From the NCBI GenBank assembly GCA_965603825.1, contig CBFDEM010000029.1:124001-188000 (forward strand): a DNA stretch of 64,000 nt. Direction: 5' to 3'. Shown piece by piece: positions 25,181-36,228 of this stretch. The stretch comes from Blepharisma stoltei ATCC 30299 (lineage: Eukaryota; Protista; Ciliophora). Position 1 is the stretch's first letter. Each line of letters opens with the position of its first letter. The notes under the pieces are model-generated. The model was not told the DNA's origin. It did no database searches and worked only from the letters and a program-made list of their open reading frames with translations. Position numbers and translations under genes: made by a program.

Positions 25181-25783
25181 ATGGGAAATACTGAAAATTT
25201 ATTTGAAGCATGCACTTTTAAGCCTTCTAATGGTAAGGATTGTGAAGATTCGACTAAAAAGCCGATGCCAAAAATAAACAGGTTTAAAGATAATAAGGTA
25301 AAGATTTTTGATTATACAGGTGAGTTTAAAGCTGCTCGAACTCTTGAGAAGTTAAAAGAAATAATTCCGCTATATGTTCCTATGGAAGTGAGATGCTTTA
25401 GAGGGACGTTTATTGAATCTAAACATTCTTATGTTAGGGTTTTAGGAGTATCTGTTACGAAGAAAAAGTTCCAAATAGTTTATATAGAAGTTTATTACAA
25501 GAGTAACAGATTTTTAATAAATCTTCGACCAGAAGATCTGTCTGAAAAGGAGCTTGGCCAAGATATTGGGAACTTACAATTAATTCATCTTTTTTCTGAA
25601 AAAGCTGTAGTTTGTATTTAGGTTTATCAGCAAAATTTCAAAGATTTTATAGGATGGCTTGACTCTATCAAAACAAACCCTAAGCAAATATTAACTCCTG
25701 AGCAAAAAAATATGGGGAAAATTGTATATGATTTTTTTAGAAATATGGGATCTAGCCCCACCCCTCAAACGATATTAAATTAA
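25181..25783 (+). CDS. Hypothetical protein (~195 aa), one intron, possible N-myristoylation (MGNT)
   Basis: Intron 25607-25621 removes a TAG and extends the frame to TAA at 25781. An upstream ATG at 25133 is possible but sits in AT-rich divergent-promoter DNA. Confidence 0.65.
25607..25621 (+). other. 15-nt intron GTAGTTTGTATTTAG
   Basis: Removes an in-frame TAG; A at position 10. Confidence 0.8.
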
Positions 25784-25858
25784 TAGGTGCTTATAGTTAT
25801 AATTTTATATAAATCTGAAAATGATGTCATATTTAATTATGAGTTAGCCTTAAATAAA

Positions 25859-27823
25859 ATGGTAGAAAGCAAAGATGTGACTATTGCAGACATAAATCTT
25901 AAGCAGTCTGAAGAAGAAAAAGAAAAAGGAAATGAGTTTTTGCGTTCAGGAGATTATGAAAATGCTATAGATTGTTACAATATTGCTGAATATTACCAGC
26001 CTACCAATCCAGCTATTTTTTGCAATCGAGCTCTAGCATACTTAAAATCAAAAAAGTATGAGAATGCTATAGAAGACTGCGATAAAGCCATTCATTTTAA
26101 GTCTAATTATGCCAAAGCCTATGTCAGGAGAGGAAAAGCTTATCTTGCTTTAAAAGAATATAGCAAGGCATCTAAAGACTTTGGATCTGCTTTAAAGATT
26201 GAGCCAAACAATAGCGAAATACAAAATGACTTGCAAATATGCATGGAAGAACTTTCAAAAATTAAAATTAAAAAAGATGAGAAACCCAGCGAGCTTACTG
26301 AAACAAAAATCGAAGATGTTTTAAATTATGAGATAAAAATTGAAGAATTTGATGATGATGCATTTATCAATCAAATACTTCAAATTTGTCATGAACAAGA
26401 AAAAAAGGCTGAAAACTTGTTTAGTGAAGGAAAATATGAAGAAGCCAAGCATCTTTATGAGGATACTCTTCATGATTTGATTAATTTGACTCCGAAGGAT
26501 ATTTATTCATTGAGCAAAGAAAAATGCAAATTTTATACTAGCATTGCATCGTGCTACTGCAAGCTTGGGGACTATAAAAAGGAAATTGAATGCTTAAATC
26601 TAGTTATCAATTCAAAATATGCTTATGAAAATCTAAAACTTGAAGCATACTTAAATAGAGGACTTTCCTTGGAAAGGCTGAATAATTTTATTGACTCATT
26701 TGAAGATTTTAAAAAAGCATCTGAATTGAGCCCAGATGATCCTAAAATTCAAGAAGCTCTGCAAAGAGTTTTAAATGTTACAAAAGAAATTGTTGAAAAT
26801 GAAAACATGAAAGAACTTCTGGATAAAGAGTCACTTATCAATCAAATTGAAAAAATGAAAGAGGGAGGAAATCAGCTGTTTAAAAAGGGCCAATTGGAAG
26901 GGGCAATAATCGAATTTTCTGGGGCAATTGAAATATTAGAGAAAAACACAAGCCAGGAAATAATTATAGAAGATAAAAGATTATCAACCCTTTTAGTTAA
27001 CTTGCTTAACAATAGAGCTTTGGTATATACAAAACTGGATTCTTGAAATAAAGTAATGCATGATACGCAACGTGTCCTGGATATTGATCCTTTAAATGCA
27101 AAAGCCTATTATAGATTAGGAAAAGCAGAAGGAAATACTGGAGACTATGGGAATGCTGCAAAACATATGAAAAAAGTAATGGAATTTGAGCCTTCTAATT
27201 TAGTTGCAAAAAATGATTTTGAAAATTATTTGAATTTAGCAATTGAATCTAAGAAAAAGTCCCAGGCTGCCAAAGAAGATATTAAAATTGATGATGCAAA
27301 GCCAAAAGTTGAGGTAAAAACAAAAAACAGTAAAAATGAAATTGAAGAAACAAAAGCAATACATAAGCAGAGCAACAATTTTTCTCAAAGCCAAAAGAAA
27401 TTTGTTGATGATGCTCTGGAAATGGCTGAAAAAGAGTCTTCAAGGCGCAATAATCCTAGAAGAATAAGCTCTTCAGAATTTGAAGGTAGCATCAACTCAT
27501 TTCGGTCGGATTGCTTCCAAATTTATAATTATATACACGTATTTTCTATATAGAATTTTCCAATAGAAGAAATTAGCTTGATCTACAAAAATAAACCAAT
27601 GAACCCCGATGTGCTTAGCAAGATAATCAAAGCTATATATCAAAACGCCAAAAATGATAGCGAATGGCTAACTCAATTTATTATCGAACTGTCCAATACT
27701 TCTGGCTTCATAAAAAACATGAAATTTATGTCAGGCCAAGAAAAGAAATGTCTAAAAGAAATTATCTCAGAGATGTCTGCAGACGAAAGCACAAAACTCA
27801 GGATAATAAATTCTATAATATAA
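25859..27823 (+). CDS. RPAP3/SPAG1-like TPR co-chaperone (R2TP/R2SP) (~649 aa)
   Basis: Three carboxylate-clamp TPR sets (KEKGNEF, NRALAYLK, KAYVRRG); TGA at 27044; intron 27539-27553; C-terminal RPAP3_C-like domain (SSSEFE...FIKNMKFMSGQEK). Confidence 0.85.
27539..27553 (+). other. 15-nt intron GTATTTTCTATATAG
   Basis: Removes a TAG and restores a continuous RPAP3_C domain. Confidence 0.9.
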
Positions 27824-27873
27824 AATAAGACACATGCACTTGAAATAAGTTTAAATATCTTAATAGAAAATGC

Positions 27874-28677
27874 TTAATAAAGTAGCGCAAAGAAAAGAAC
27901 TGAAAAATAGAACAAATTTTTACCAGAGTCATCTGCACCTTCATAAAGAGTTATCGTTCTTTTATTCAAGTTTTGGATTTTTCGATTATTCCCTCTGCCT
28001 CCAGCAAAATTTTGATTTCCAGCCCATTGGTCTGTAAAGAATGAAAGTTGGCTCAAGCTGATTTCTTGAATTTCAGCCCATATGTACCATGTCACATCTT
28101 CAGTGCATGGAGGAGATGTAACTGATCCTTTATAGCTGTAAAAATGATTTAATGAGCTTCTTCCTCCAAATAAATCGGATAAATCAATCTCTGTAGTCTT
28201 GCCATAAGCTCTTATAACTTTATCAATAAAAGAATTATCATCTTCTCCAAGCCTGAAAAAAACAGCAGTCTGCTGATTATAAATGTATCCAGGAGTATTG
28301 GTTGATAAAATCTGCAGCTCAAGATCGAATTGGTAACCATTTAATGTGTGCTCTGATGGAGCATGGAAGGAAAATGATTGTGATCTCATGAAGATTGTTA
28401 CACTTTCGAGTATTTCGGTTAAATTCAAAAAATTTCCATCAATAGTATATGTTTGATCTTTAAAAGTCCCGCTTTCAGGGTGTGATTTATATACCAGTTT
28501 CAATTGACTGATGGAACTTGAGGTTATATTAATTGCAGTTGTCGATTGGGCTTTAAGATCTATAGGAGATTGGCTAGTTCCATATAAGCATGTATCAGTT
28601 CAATCGCTCCCTCCGTTCTTATAGTCCCATGCCAATGAAAAGGTGCTTATCACTGTAAATAGAAAGAGTTTCAGCAT
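27874..28677 (-). CDS. Alpha-carbonic-anhydrase-related protein, secreted or GPI-type, probably acatalytic (267 aa)
   Basis: Signal peptide, WDY..GGSD-W(TGA 28600)..C..G.SQSPIDL, APSEH, YKGSVTSPPCTEDVTW, NNRKIQ; hydrophobic C-terminal tail. Confidence 0.88.
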
Positions 28678-28733
28678 TTCCCTTTATCTTAGAAAATTAT
28701 CTATATATATCCGCATAAAAATTTAATATAAAT

Positions 28734-31700
28734 ATGACTGAGCTTTCTAGACAACTAGAGCAGCTACGTCAAGTGACTTTACCATCAGGATCTCAGCCTT
28801 CTTTTCTTTTTGACTTAAAAGACGCAAGCAAAATAGACAGAGACACGATATTTATGATCGGAATGAATGGTTTAGAAGAAATACGTCGCATTGACCACAC
28901 ATTTTTATCATTCTATTCAGATGTTTTCCAAGAAGATTTTGCAAATGCCCACTTGCACAGAGATAATCTCACAAAATCGCAAATATCTAAGCTAGATGAA
29001 GAGCTAACAAAGGTCATCCATTTGCTTGCTCCCCATTTCCTTAACCCATCCTGCCATAAAATTCTTGAATTGCTGGTTAGATTTTACAAAGTCCATCAAT
29101 ACCAAAGAGATGAGCTTCTTTCCAGCTTTTTGCCTTATCATGACACAAAATTTTTCACTCGCATGATAATGCTTTGTAAGCTTCAAGGAAGCCAATGGGA
29201 ATTTATGATAAGACACCAGCAGCAAGGATATATTATGCTAAGGAGTGATATCGTAAAAAAAAGTATGCAAGACTTATCACTGCTGGAGGTGATAATAGGG
29301 AAAATGAAGCTCTCACAAATACACATGAGATTTGCAGGAGTAGTTTGTTTGGATGTGATTCACAAAATAAGCACGTTAAGCAACTCTTTGCTTTACATTT
29401 TGCTGCCGTTTCTTTCAGAAGTATTAAGTGGATCTAAGGAGGAAAAAGTGCTAGGCTATTCTTTAGCTGTCAGAATTTCATTAAGACAAAACTTTTCTCC
29501 TCATTATTTGCAAGCATTATTCATCGACATTCTTAAAACTGCTGGCCCTGAAATCGAGCAAGGTTTAGCTACAATTTCGCTTCTGATGCATATACATAAG
29601 ACCCAAAGTTTACCAAAAAACATCATTGATCTATTTTACAGCGAAGAGATTCTCAAAGCTCTTGCAAATGTAAGCCAAAAGCATGATATCACACAGATAG
29701 TTAAAGCTGTTGAAAAAAAATTCATTAATAATTTAGGAAAAGATAAAGTTAATGAGCTGACTTTTCAGCTTTGCTCTACAGTGAATTATTCGAAAGCTGG
29801 AATTGAAGCTATTCTTAACTCATTACTAATGCAGTACTTGAATGTCAAAAAAGAGCTAAGAGATAAGGTGAAAAGTGGGTTTATTAAAGTTTTAGCAAAT
29901 TTATGGCAAAGATATGGAGACCAGGTTTTGGAGATTATTCCAAAAATAGTCAAAGAAGTTTGTGCTTCACATCCAGGTGGAGAAAGCAAAACAATGCTTT
30001 ATGACTTAATTTCTAAAGGCTTAAGTGGAATGCCATATGATCCCAGCTCAGACCTCCCACTTGTATTAGCATTGAGACACCCATCTCGCGAAATCAGACT
30101 TCACTCTCTATCCCAAATAAATTCACAAGCTTCGAAATACTATCAAGTGCTTCTAGGAATGCTATCAAGTGAAGATGATGTAGAAATTTTATTAGAGGCA
30201 GTCTCAGTTCCTGAATTGTCTAAAGTAGACCCAGAAAGTCTTTATCCAGTGATCCTGAAAAGATTTACACAATTTATTTCATATGAGGCCCAATATACCC
30301 CTCTTTTGAGAAAGCTGTTCACAATTCTCACTGTAGAAATTGCACCTCATATAGCAATCAGTTCAGAGCATCTTAAACTGATCTTTCTCGCTTATGATAA
30401 GCCAGAGTTAAGAGATCTTTGCCATAATGCTGCTTCGAATGCAAAACATCATCAAATATTGAAAGGATACCAAGGCCAAGACTTAAGCATTTATTTAAAA
30501 CAGTGGCTTTCTCAGCATTGGTGTGATATTTATACGTCTGTTGCTGAACTTTTGGACTGCCAAGTGATACTAGGCTTAGTGCCTGAAATTATTGAAGAAC
30601 TAGAGAAAAAACGAGAATTTTTAACAAAAGAAATAATTTCAAGCAGCTATTTAATAGTACAAAAGCTTATTGAAATGGATAACAATGCAACTGATATTTT
30701 TGAAGCTGTAATTAGAGCATGCCCTATAGCAAGAAATATAAAGTCAGAGCAAGTTCGTAAAGAAGCTGTAGAACTGATGAAGTGTTTGGTCATTTATCTT
30801 ATTCCAAGAGGTTCTGAGCTATGCAAAGGACTCTTAACCAAGCATTTTGGTAAATACAGCTTACAAATCTTACTAGAAATTTCAGAAAAATGCCCAGAGT
30901 CCCTCCATCTTGCAGTGTGCATCGCTGCTAATTCTGGCCAATTTAACTCTTTTCTCCAGACATATCCATACATTATATTAAGTATGGGGAGAGATTCCAT
31001 ATATCGAAATGCAGCAATTGTAGCGCTTGAACAATTCTTGCTAAAGCAACTCCCTAAAATTGAGATTGAGATTGAAATAGAAGAACGTTCAGATTTTAAA
31101 CAATTTGAGGAGCATTCTTCATTAATAAAAAAAATGCTTAAGAGGCTATTAAAATATAAAGCAGGGATCTCTCAAGATTCAAATTATATTGAGCATGCAG
31201 TTGCCAAAGTGATGCAAAATGAAGTCATTGATCTAATTAGTGTCGGATTTAATCAAGTTGCTTATGATAGAGCAAGATATTTGAGCATCCACAAAAAAAT
31301 TAAAAGTGATCATTTGACAGAAGTGTTTCTAGAAGCTGCAAAGTCTGATGAGGAGCTTGCTGAGGTAGCTGACAGGTTATGTGAATATAAAAACTGGGGA
31401 AATTTCCAGCATGAAAGTGTTTTTCTTTCACTTTTTGAAAAAGCAAGGCTGAGATTGGCTGCACTCAAAATCGTTACTCCTGAGACGTTCCGCAATCTTT
31501 CGCAAGAATTAAAAGTAAATTTATTTTTTACTTTAACAAAAATCCTACCTGGACTATCCAGCACTCACTCTATCGCAGTTCACGAACTTATTGACAATCT
31601 GCCAATTGATGCAAGTCTTTTATCACAAGCCATCAAAAATGCAGATATTGAAAAAATCGAGCCACTACTTGAAATAGTCCAATACAAGCACACACAAAGC

Positions 31701-34181
31701 TCTCCAGTGCTTATAGAAAGCCTATTTAGCCTGCTTCATAAAATAAACGAAAGCATCCAAACTTCAGAAAATGAATATCTAAAGCAGCTTGTCTTATTGG
31801 CATTGAAAATTCATCTTGCTTCTGAGCGAAAATTTGAGCTTAAAGGGGAGCACTTGAATATTATTCTAAGCAGCTTCAGAAATGAAATTGAATTTAATAT
31901 GCAAACTAAGCAGCAAGCTTTACACACACTTGCTGGATTTGCAGCTACAAAGCCCGCAGAAGTTCTTATTGCAATGGAGTCCTTATTTATGAGTTCCAGC
32001 AAAGAAAACGCTGCTGATGAATTTACCCTTTTTAAAGCAGCTTTAAGAGCTTTAGTCCCTTCCTTAGTAGATACTGATCTTTCAGTTTCCACGCTAGTTT
32101 CACAGCTGATTAACTTTTTTGAAGTAATCCCATTTGATATTAATGAGCTTGAAGATATCATCAGAATTGGAGGCCACACACATTTGCATCTTGCAGTCTC
32201 TTATTTATGCCAAACAATTGAAGATTTGTTTATCACTCAAGAATTCTTATCAAGATTTACGCTAGAAGAAATTCTGAGCTCGTTCAATGCGCTTATTTCA
32301 AGTCTTGAGCTCGAAAAAGTCAAAAAAACCAATGATTTTAAAGTCTTAGATCTCTTTGACTTAGAATTCAACGCAAAGGAATTCTTAAGCTTGATTCCCA
32401 AAAAGAAAGAAAAATCATCGCAGCTTTTAAGCGAGTTCTTGTACAGTCTGTTCACACTTAAGCATAAATCTGAAGAAATCATAGGATCTGGAGATAAAAA
32501 ACTGATTTCTCAATCAAAATCAGTTAAAAAGCAGCTTTTAAAACTGCTAGAAAGCATTAACAGAGCACTTGATAATGAGACCCTTTCCAAGTCTTTATTA
32601 TTAATCCTTGAAAAACCAGAAAAAAGAGCAAATATTGACGTCAAAAAAGAAGCCCTTGAATTTCTTCTAAAAAGACTAGAACTTTCAAACCACAACAAAT
32701 TTCACTCTTTAATTCCAATACTTTGTGCGATTCTTGAACTCTACACAGACAAAGCATCAGCACTGCATAAAGAAAAATACGACTCAAAAGCTGTTTATTT
32801 GCAGCTTACTATATTAGCAACCTATAATCTGCTGAAATCCTATGAAAATCCTAATCAGTTCTTAGAACTTTATGGAAAAACTATTCTTGAGTTCACCAAG
32901 TCAACTTGTTCAGAAATCAGAAGTTCAAGCAGCTTATGCTTTTCAGTCTTTTTCAGTGCTAAGTCTTCTGATATTTTGCCTTTTATAGAGCCATATTTAA
33001 GTCAGATTCTAAATATTCTTGCTGAAAATGATGAGGTTGTTATAGAGTGTGCACTTTCTTGCATCAAACATATGATGTCAGGGGCTAGGGATTTCTTAAG
33101 TCCACATATAGAAGAGCTAATCTTTAAACTTTGCTCTATAGAATTCGATACTACTGAGTTACTGAGTCTTGTGCCCACTTATATTTCACCTAGAATCATT
33201 ATAGTTTGCCTTAATAGTCTGCTTGGTTGGCTTAAAGACAATTTCAATGGACTTATTAGACTGTTAGAGATGAGTAAAATTTTAGGTGAAAAAATAACCT
33301 CCCAAGATGCAGAAATATATAAAGAGTCATTATTTGCTTTTTATAAAGATGCTATAACTTTGCCAGAAAAGCTTAAAGATGAGTTAGATTTGAAGCAAGT
33401 AAAAGCCTTAAGTAGCACAACAAGTGACAGCTTTTCATCTTTTTCTCTATCTTTAACCAACCAGCAACTTAAGCCAGCATTTTCAGAAATAGCAGATTGG
33501 TGCTTGGAGAAGGCTGAAGATGATGACTATTCATTCCATAGACTTTTGACCTTATTTTCTATAACTGGAGCCCTCACTGATAAACTGAAAAGCCTATTTG
33601 TTTCCTATTATGCTTATTTATTTGACGTAATTATTGATACGCTAAATAAAATATATGAGGCTTACCAAATTGAGACTAAGAAAAGAAAGAGAAATCAGGG
33701 AAAATTGTATCTAGAAGTCAACTCAATTGTTTTGCAGTGTCTGGCCAAGCTGTCAGCTCATGATAAAGATAAGTTTTTGACTATTGATAGGTACGACAAG
33801 CTTTCAGTTTCGCTTTCAAATCAATTGAAGATGGTTGGACTTAAGAATAAATATAGGAAGTACACAGAAGCCAACGTTTTACCAGCCATTCATGCATTGA
33901 TTACTGAAACCCACGACCAAGCAATTTGGCAAAGCTTCAATTATAAGATTCTTTTGAATTCAAGAAACGAAAACCCTGAGGTTCGCTGTGTTTCTTTACT
34001 AACAGTCAACAAAATTCTCCTTACTCTTGGCAAAGAATACCTTACCTTATTGCCTGACATAATGCCTTTCGTTTCAGAAGCACTTGAAGACGAAAACGAC
34101 TCCGTTACAAACATTGCTAAAATGCTTTTGACTCAGCTCGAAACTCTGAGTGGAGAAAACATCAAAGAACACATAAGATAA
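28734..34181 (+). CDS. UTP10: U3 snoRNP protein UTP10/HEATR1 (1815 aa)
   Basis: MTELSRQL...SFLFD..A..ID N-terminus, FLPYHDT motif, HEAT repeats, C-terminal LLPDIMPFVSEALEDENDSV and BP28CT-like region. Confidence 0.92.
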   Translation: MTELSRQLEQLRQVTLPSGSQPSFLFDLKDASKIDRDTIFMIGMNGLEEIRRIDHTFLSFYSDVFQEDFANAHLHRDNLTKSQISKLDEELTKVIHLLAPHFLNPSCHKILELLVRFYKVHQYQRDELLSSFLPYHDTKFFTRMIMLCKLQGSQWEFMIRHQQQGYIMLRSDIVKKSMQDLSLLEVIIGKMKLSQIHMRFAGVVCLDVIHKISTLSNSLLYILLPFLSEVLSGSKEEKVLGYSLAVRISLRQNFSPHYLQALFIDILKTAGPEIEQGLATISLLMHIHKTQSLPKNIIDLFYSEEILKALANVSQKHDITQIVKAVEKKFINNLGKDKVNELTFQLCSTVNYSKAGIEAILNSLLMQYLNVKKELRDKVKSGFIKVLANLWQRYGDQVLEIIPKIVKEVCASHPGGESKTMLYDLISKGLSGMPYDPSSDLPLVLALRHPSREIRLHSLSQINSQASKYYQVLLGMLSSEDDVEILLEAVSVPELSKVDPESLYPVILKRFTQFISYEAQYTPLLRKLFTILTVEIAPHIAISSEHLKLIFLAYDKPELRDLCHNAASNAKHHQILKGYQGQDLSIYLKQWLSQHWCDIYTSVAELLDCQVILGLVPEIIEELEKKREFLTKEIISSSYLIVQKLIEMDNNATDIFEAVIRACPIARNIKSEQVRKEAVELMKCLVIYLIPRGSELCKGLLTKHFGKYSLQILLEISEKCPESLHLAVCIAANSGQFNSFLQTYPYIILSMGRDSIYRNAAIVALEQFLLKQLPKIEIEIEIEERSDFKQFEEHSSLIKKMLKRLLKYKAGISQDSNYIEHAVAKVMQNEVIDLISVGFNQVAYDRARYLSIHKKIKSDHLTEVFLEAAKSDEELAEVADRLCEYKNWGNFQHESVFLSLFEKARLRLAALKIVTPETFRNLSQELKVNLFFTLTKILPGLSSTHSIAVHELIDNLPIDASLLSQAIKNADIEKIEPLLEIVQYKHTQSSPVLIESLFSLLHKINESIQTSENEYLKQLVLLALKIHLASERKFELKGEHLNIILSSFRNEIEFNMQTKQQALHTLAGFAATKPAEVLIAMESLFMSSSKENAADEFTLFKAALRALVPSLVDTDLSVSTLVSQLINFFEVIPFDINELEDIIRIGGHTHLHLAVSYLCQTIEDLFITQEFLSRFTLEEILSSFNALISSLELEKVKKTNDFKVLDLFDLEFNAKEFLSLIPKKKEKSSQLLSEFLYSLFTLKHKSEEIIGSGDKKLISQSKSVKKQLLKLLESINRALDNETLSKSLLLILEKPEKRANIDVKKEALEFLLKRLELSNHNKFHSLIPILCAILELYTDKASALHKEKYDSKAVYLQLTILATYNLLKSYENPNQFLELYGKTILEFTKSTCSEIRSSSSLCFSVFFSAKSSDILPFIEPYLSQILNILAENDEVVIECALSCIKHMMSGARDFLSPHIEELIFKLCSIEFDTTELLSLVPTYISPRIIIVCLNSLLGWLKDNFNGLIRLLEMSKILGEKITSQDAEIYKESLFAFYKDAITLPEKLKDELDLKQVKALSSTTSDSFSSFSLSLTNQQLKPAFSEIADWCLEKAEDDDYSFHRLLTLFSITGALTDKLKSLFVSYYAYLFDVIIDTLNKIYEAYQIETKKRKRNQGKLYLEVNSIVLQCLAKLSAHDKDKFLTIDRYDKLSVSLSNQLKMVGLKNKYRKYTEANVLPAIHALITETHDQAIWQSFNYKILLNSRNENPEVRCVSLLTVNKILLTLGKEYLTLLPDIMPFVSEALEDENDSVTNIAKMLLTQLETLSGENIKEHIR

Positions 34182-34288
34182 TAGAATTCTTTTAAAATAT
34201 TTCTTGATGTTTCAGTTGTTATTTATTAGAAACAATTTATCGTATAAAAGCTCATCCATATAGCTTCTTCTAATAGTGTATTTCTAAA

Positions 34289-35240
34289 ATGGGATGCTGC
34301 CAAGGCAGAGTAAATTTTAAATAGAGCCAAAAGCCTTTACAAAGCATAAATGCACCAACTAAAAAAGAGGAGCCTGACACAATTGACAAAGCTTACTTTT
34401 CCTCTATAAGCAGCAATTTCCAAACAGCAGCTCACAACTATTATCGAAATAATTTCAGAGTAACGTCAGTTGACAGCAGGAAGGTTAACGAAGAACTAGA
34501 GTAAACGTAACATAGAGAATTTTACAATGCCAGAGCATCTGTAGATATCAATAAACTTGCCAAACTTCTCAGCTCCGAAACAGTTTTCACCCTTGATGAA
34601 GGAGTCCTTCTTCATCCATGGGCAGAAAATCCACGCACCATAGGAGCTCTAACTGCTATGCAGATTGGAATTTTTGCTTCAGACAATGACATACTAAAAG
34701 ATTCCAAATTTAATGAAGGAATGCTCAGCTCACGAGTCCTTGAACTTCTCTTGAACTTTGCAGCATCACTGGAAAGATACAAATTTGAGGCCTCAATTCT
34801 GACACTCAGTTATTTGTCAAAAAATAACCCAGACATTGCTGAAGCTTTGATTAAGAGAAACGCACTTCCGATCTTTATAAGACACATGAGAGATGGCAAG
34901 GAAGGACTGAGATCCACAGCTGCTCTGTGCTGTAGAAATCTATATGTAGGAAGACAAAATATGCAAAAACTGTTTGTTAGAGAAGGAGGATGCAGCTTAT
35001 TGGTACACTTATTGAAGTCAGATGACAGCTCAACTGTGTTTGAAACTATTTTGAATATATTAGATTTAATTTTAGACAATGAAGATACCATACAGCTGGA
35101 CATAAAGCGGCATTTAGAAGAATGCCACATTGTAAAGCATCTGCAGACGATAATAGAGGTAAAAAAGTATATAGAAATCTGATAAGTATGATCAAAATAC
35201 AATAAGTGAAGCTATAAAACTGAAGAATTCATTTGAATAA
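34289..35240 (+). CDS. ARO: Armadillo-repeats-only (ARO)-like protein, N-myristoylated/palmitoylated (~301 aa), three micro-introns
   Basis: MGCCQGR N-terminus; HPWAENPRTIGALTAMQIGIFAS; ALPIFIRHMR...AALCCRNLYV...GGCSLLVHLL...FETILNILDLILD is colinear with apicomplexan ARO as I recall it. Confidence 0.75.
34310..34324 (+). other. 15-nt intron GTAAATTTTAAATAG
   Basis: Removes an in-frame TAG after MGCCQGR. Confidence 0.88.
34501..34515 (+). other. 15-nt intron GTAAACGTAACATAG
   Basis: Removes an in-frame TAA; frame continues into ORF 34658. Confidence 0.88.
35159..35174 (+). other. 16-nt intron GTAAAAAAGTATATAG
   Basis: A at position 11; splicing yields a terminal helix KSDKYDQNTISEAIKLKNSFE* instead of an abrupt TGA-TAA. 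Confidence 0.7.
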
Positions 35241-35257
35241 AACTTGAAATAATATTA

Positions 35258-36145
35258 TTATCTTGCAAGCAGCCTTCTAGCTTTGAATCTTTTTCTTTGC
35301 ACTCCGTCATCGTTATTATCTGTAGGAATTTCTTCGTTGGAGGGATTAGTGCTTGTTTCTGAGTGAAATCCTGCACTATAGCACTGGTTGTTTCCTGAAA
35401 AAATAACGCATGTCTCATTCCTATAATCAGAAGCCCTAGTATAATTTTCATGAATTCCCCAATTCATTTGAGGAGAATAAGTGTCTGCTTGAGGGTATTC
35501 TTTATTGAATAATGAAAGAGGCGTGCTTGCTCCGAAAATACTTGAATTAGAATTAGAAAAAATGTATGGGCTTGGGCAGGCTTCTTCGTATATAGGAGTG
35601 ATGCTTCGGCAAGTTTCTTTGCGCTTACCGTAATTTTGGTTTGAAAAGCTATCAATACTCTGTTGTTTATTTATTTCTCGGTTTTCTTGTTTGAAGCTAC
35701 TATAAAATTCAAATGAACTCTTCGAGCCATTACTTTCTCTTCCAACTGTTTCAGTCAAATATGAAGATTTTCTTAGAGTCCCCCCTTTATAGTTTCTTCT
35801 GAAACCAGTTTTTAGCTTAGGTGAGTCTTTTAAGTCTGGAGATTCTGAGCTTATTTTTAATTCAGTCTTAATATCAAATAATCCCGCTCCTAAGCTTGAT
35901 TTTGGTGCAAAAAAGCTAATTGGCTTTATATTTTCTAGTTGTTTAAATTGTGCTTTTGATAAATTTGACATTGGAGGTGGAATTATAGCGTTAATCACTT
36001 TAGAAGTTATACTTGAAATTTGTCAGAAAATAAGATACGAGGTTCTAACTGAGCCAGAAATTAGTTGCACAGAGTTCCCTATAAATCTCCTGAGCACAGC
36101 AGAAGTTGGATTCAAAATTTTTGATTTAAATCTATCAAACGACAT
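35258..36145 (-). CDS. Hypothetical Ser-rich protein (295 aa)
   Basis: ATG at 36145 is in frame with ORF 35258-35998 via TGA at 36023. Confidence 0.65.
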
Positions 36146-36228
36146 TTATGTTAACGCATTTTCATAAGAAATTCAGTTTTATTCTAGCTCATTATTTTTA
36201 ATTTATATATACCTTTTAATTTTCAATA

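Noticed and set aside
25432-25439. TGTTAGGG resembling a heterotrich telomeric unit
   Set aside because: Single copy inside a CDS; no tandem array.
35180-35185. TGA acting as a context-dependent stop (Condylostoma-like ambiguity)
   Set aside because: It is followed directly by TAA and is out of frame after splicing 35159-35174; no gene here requires a TGA stop.
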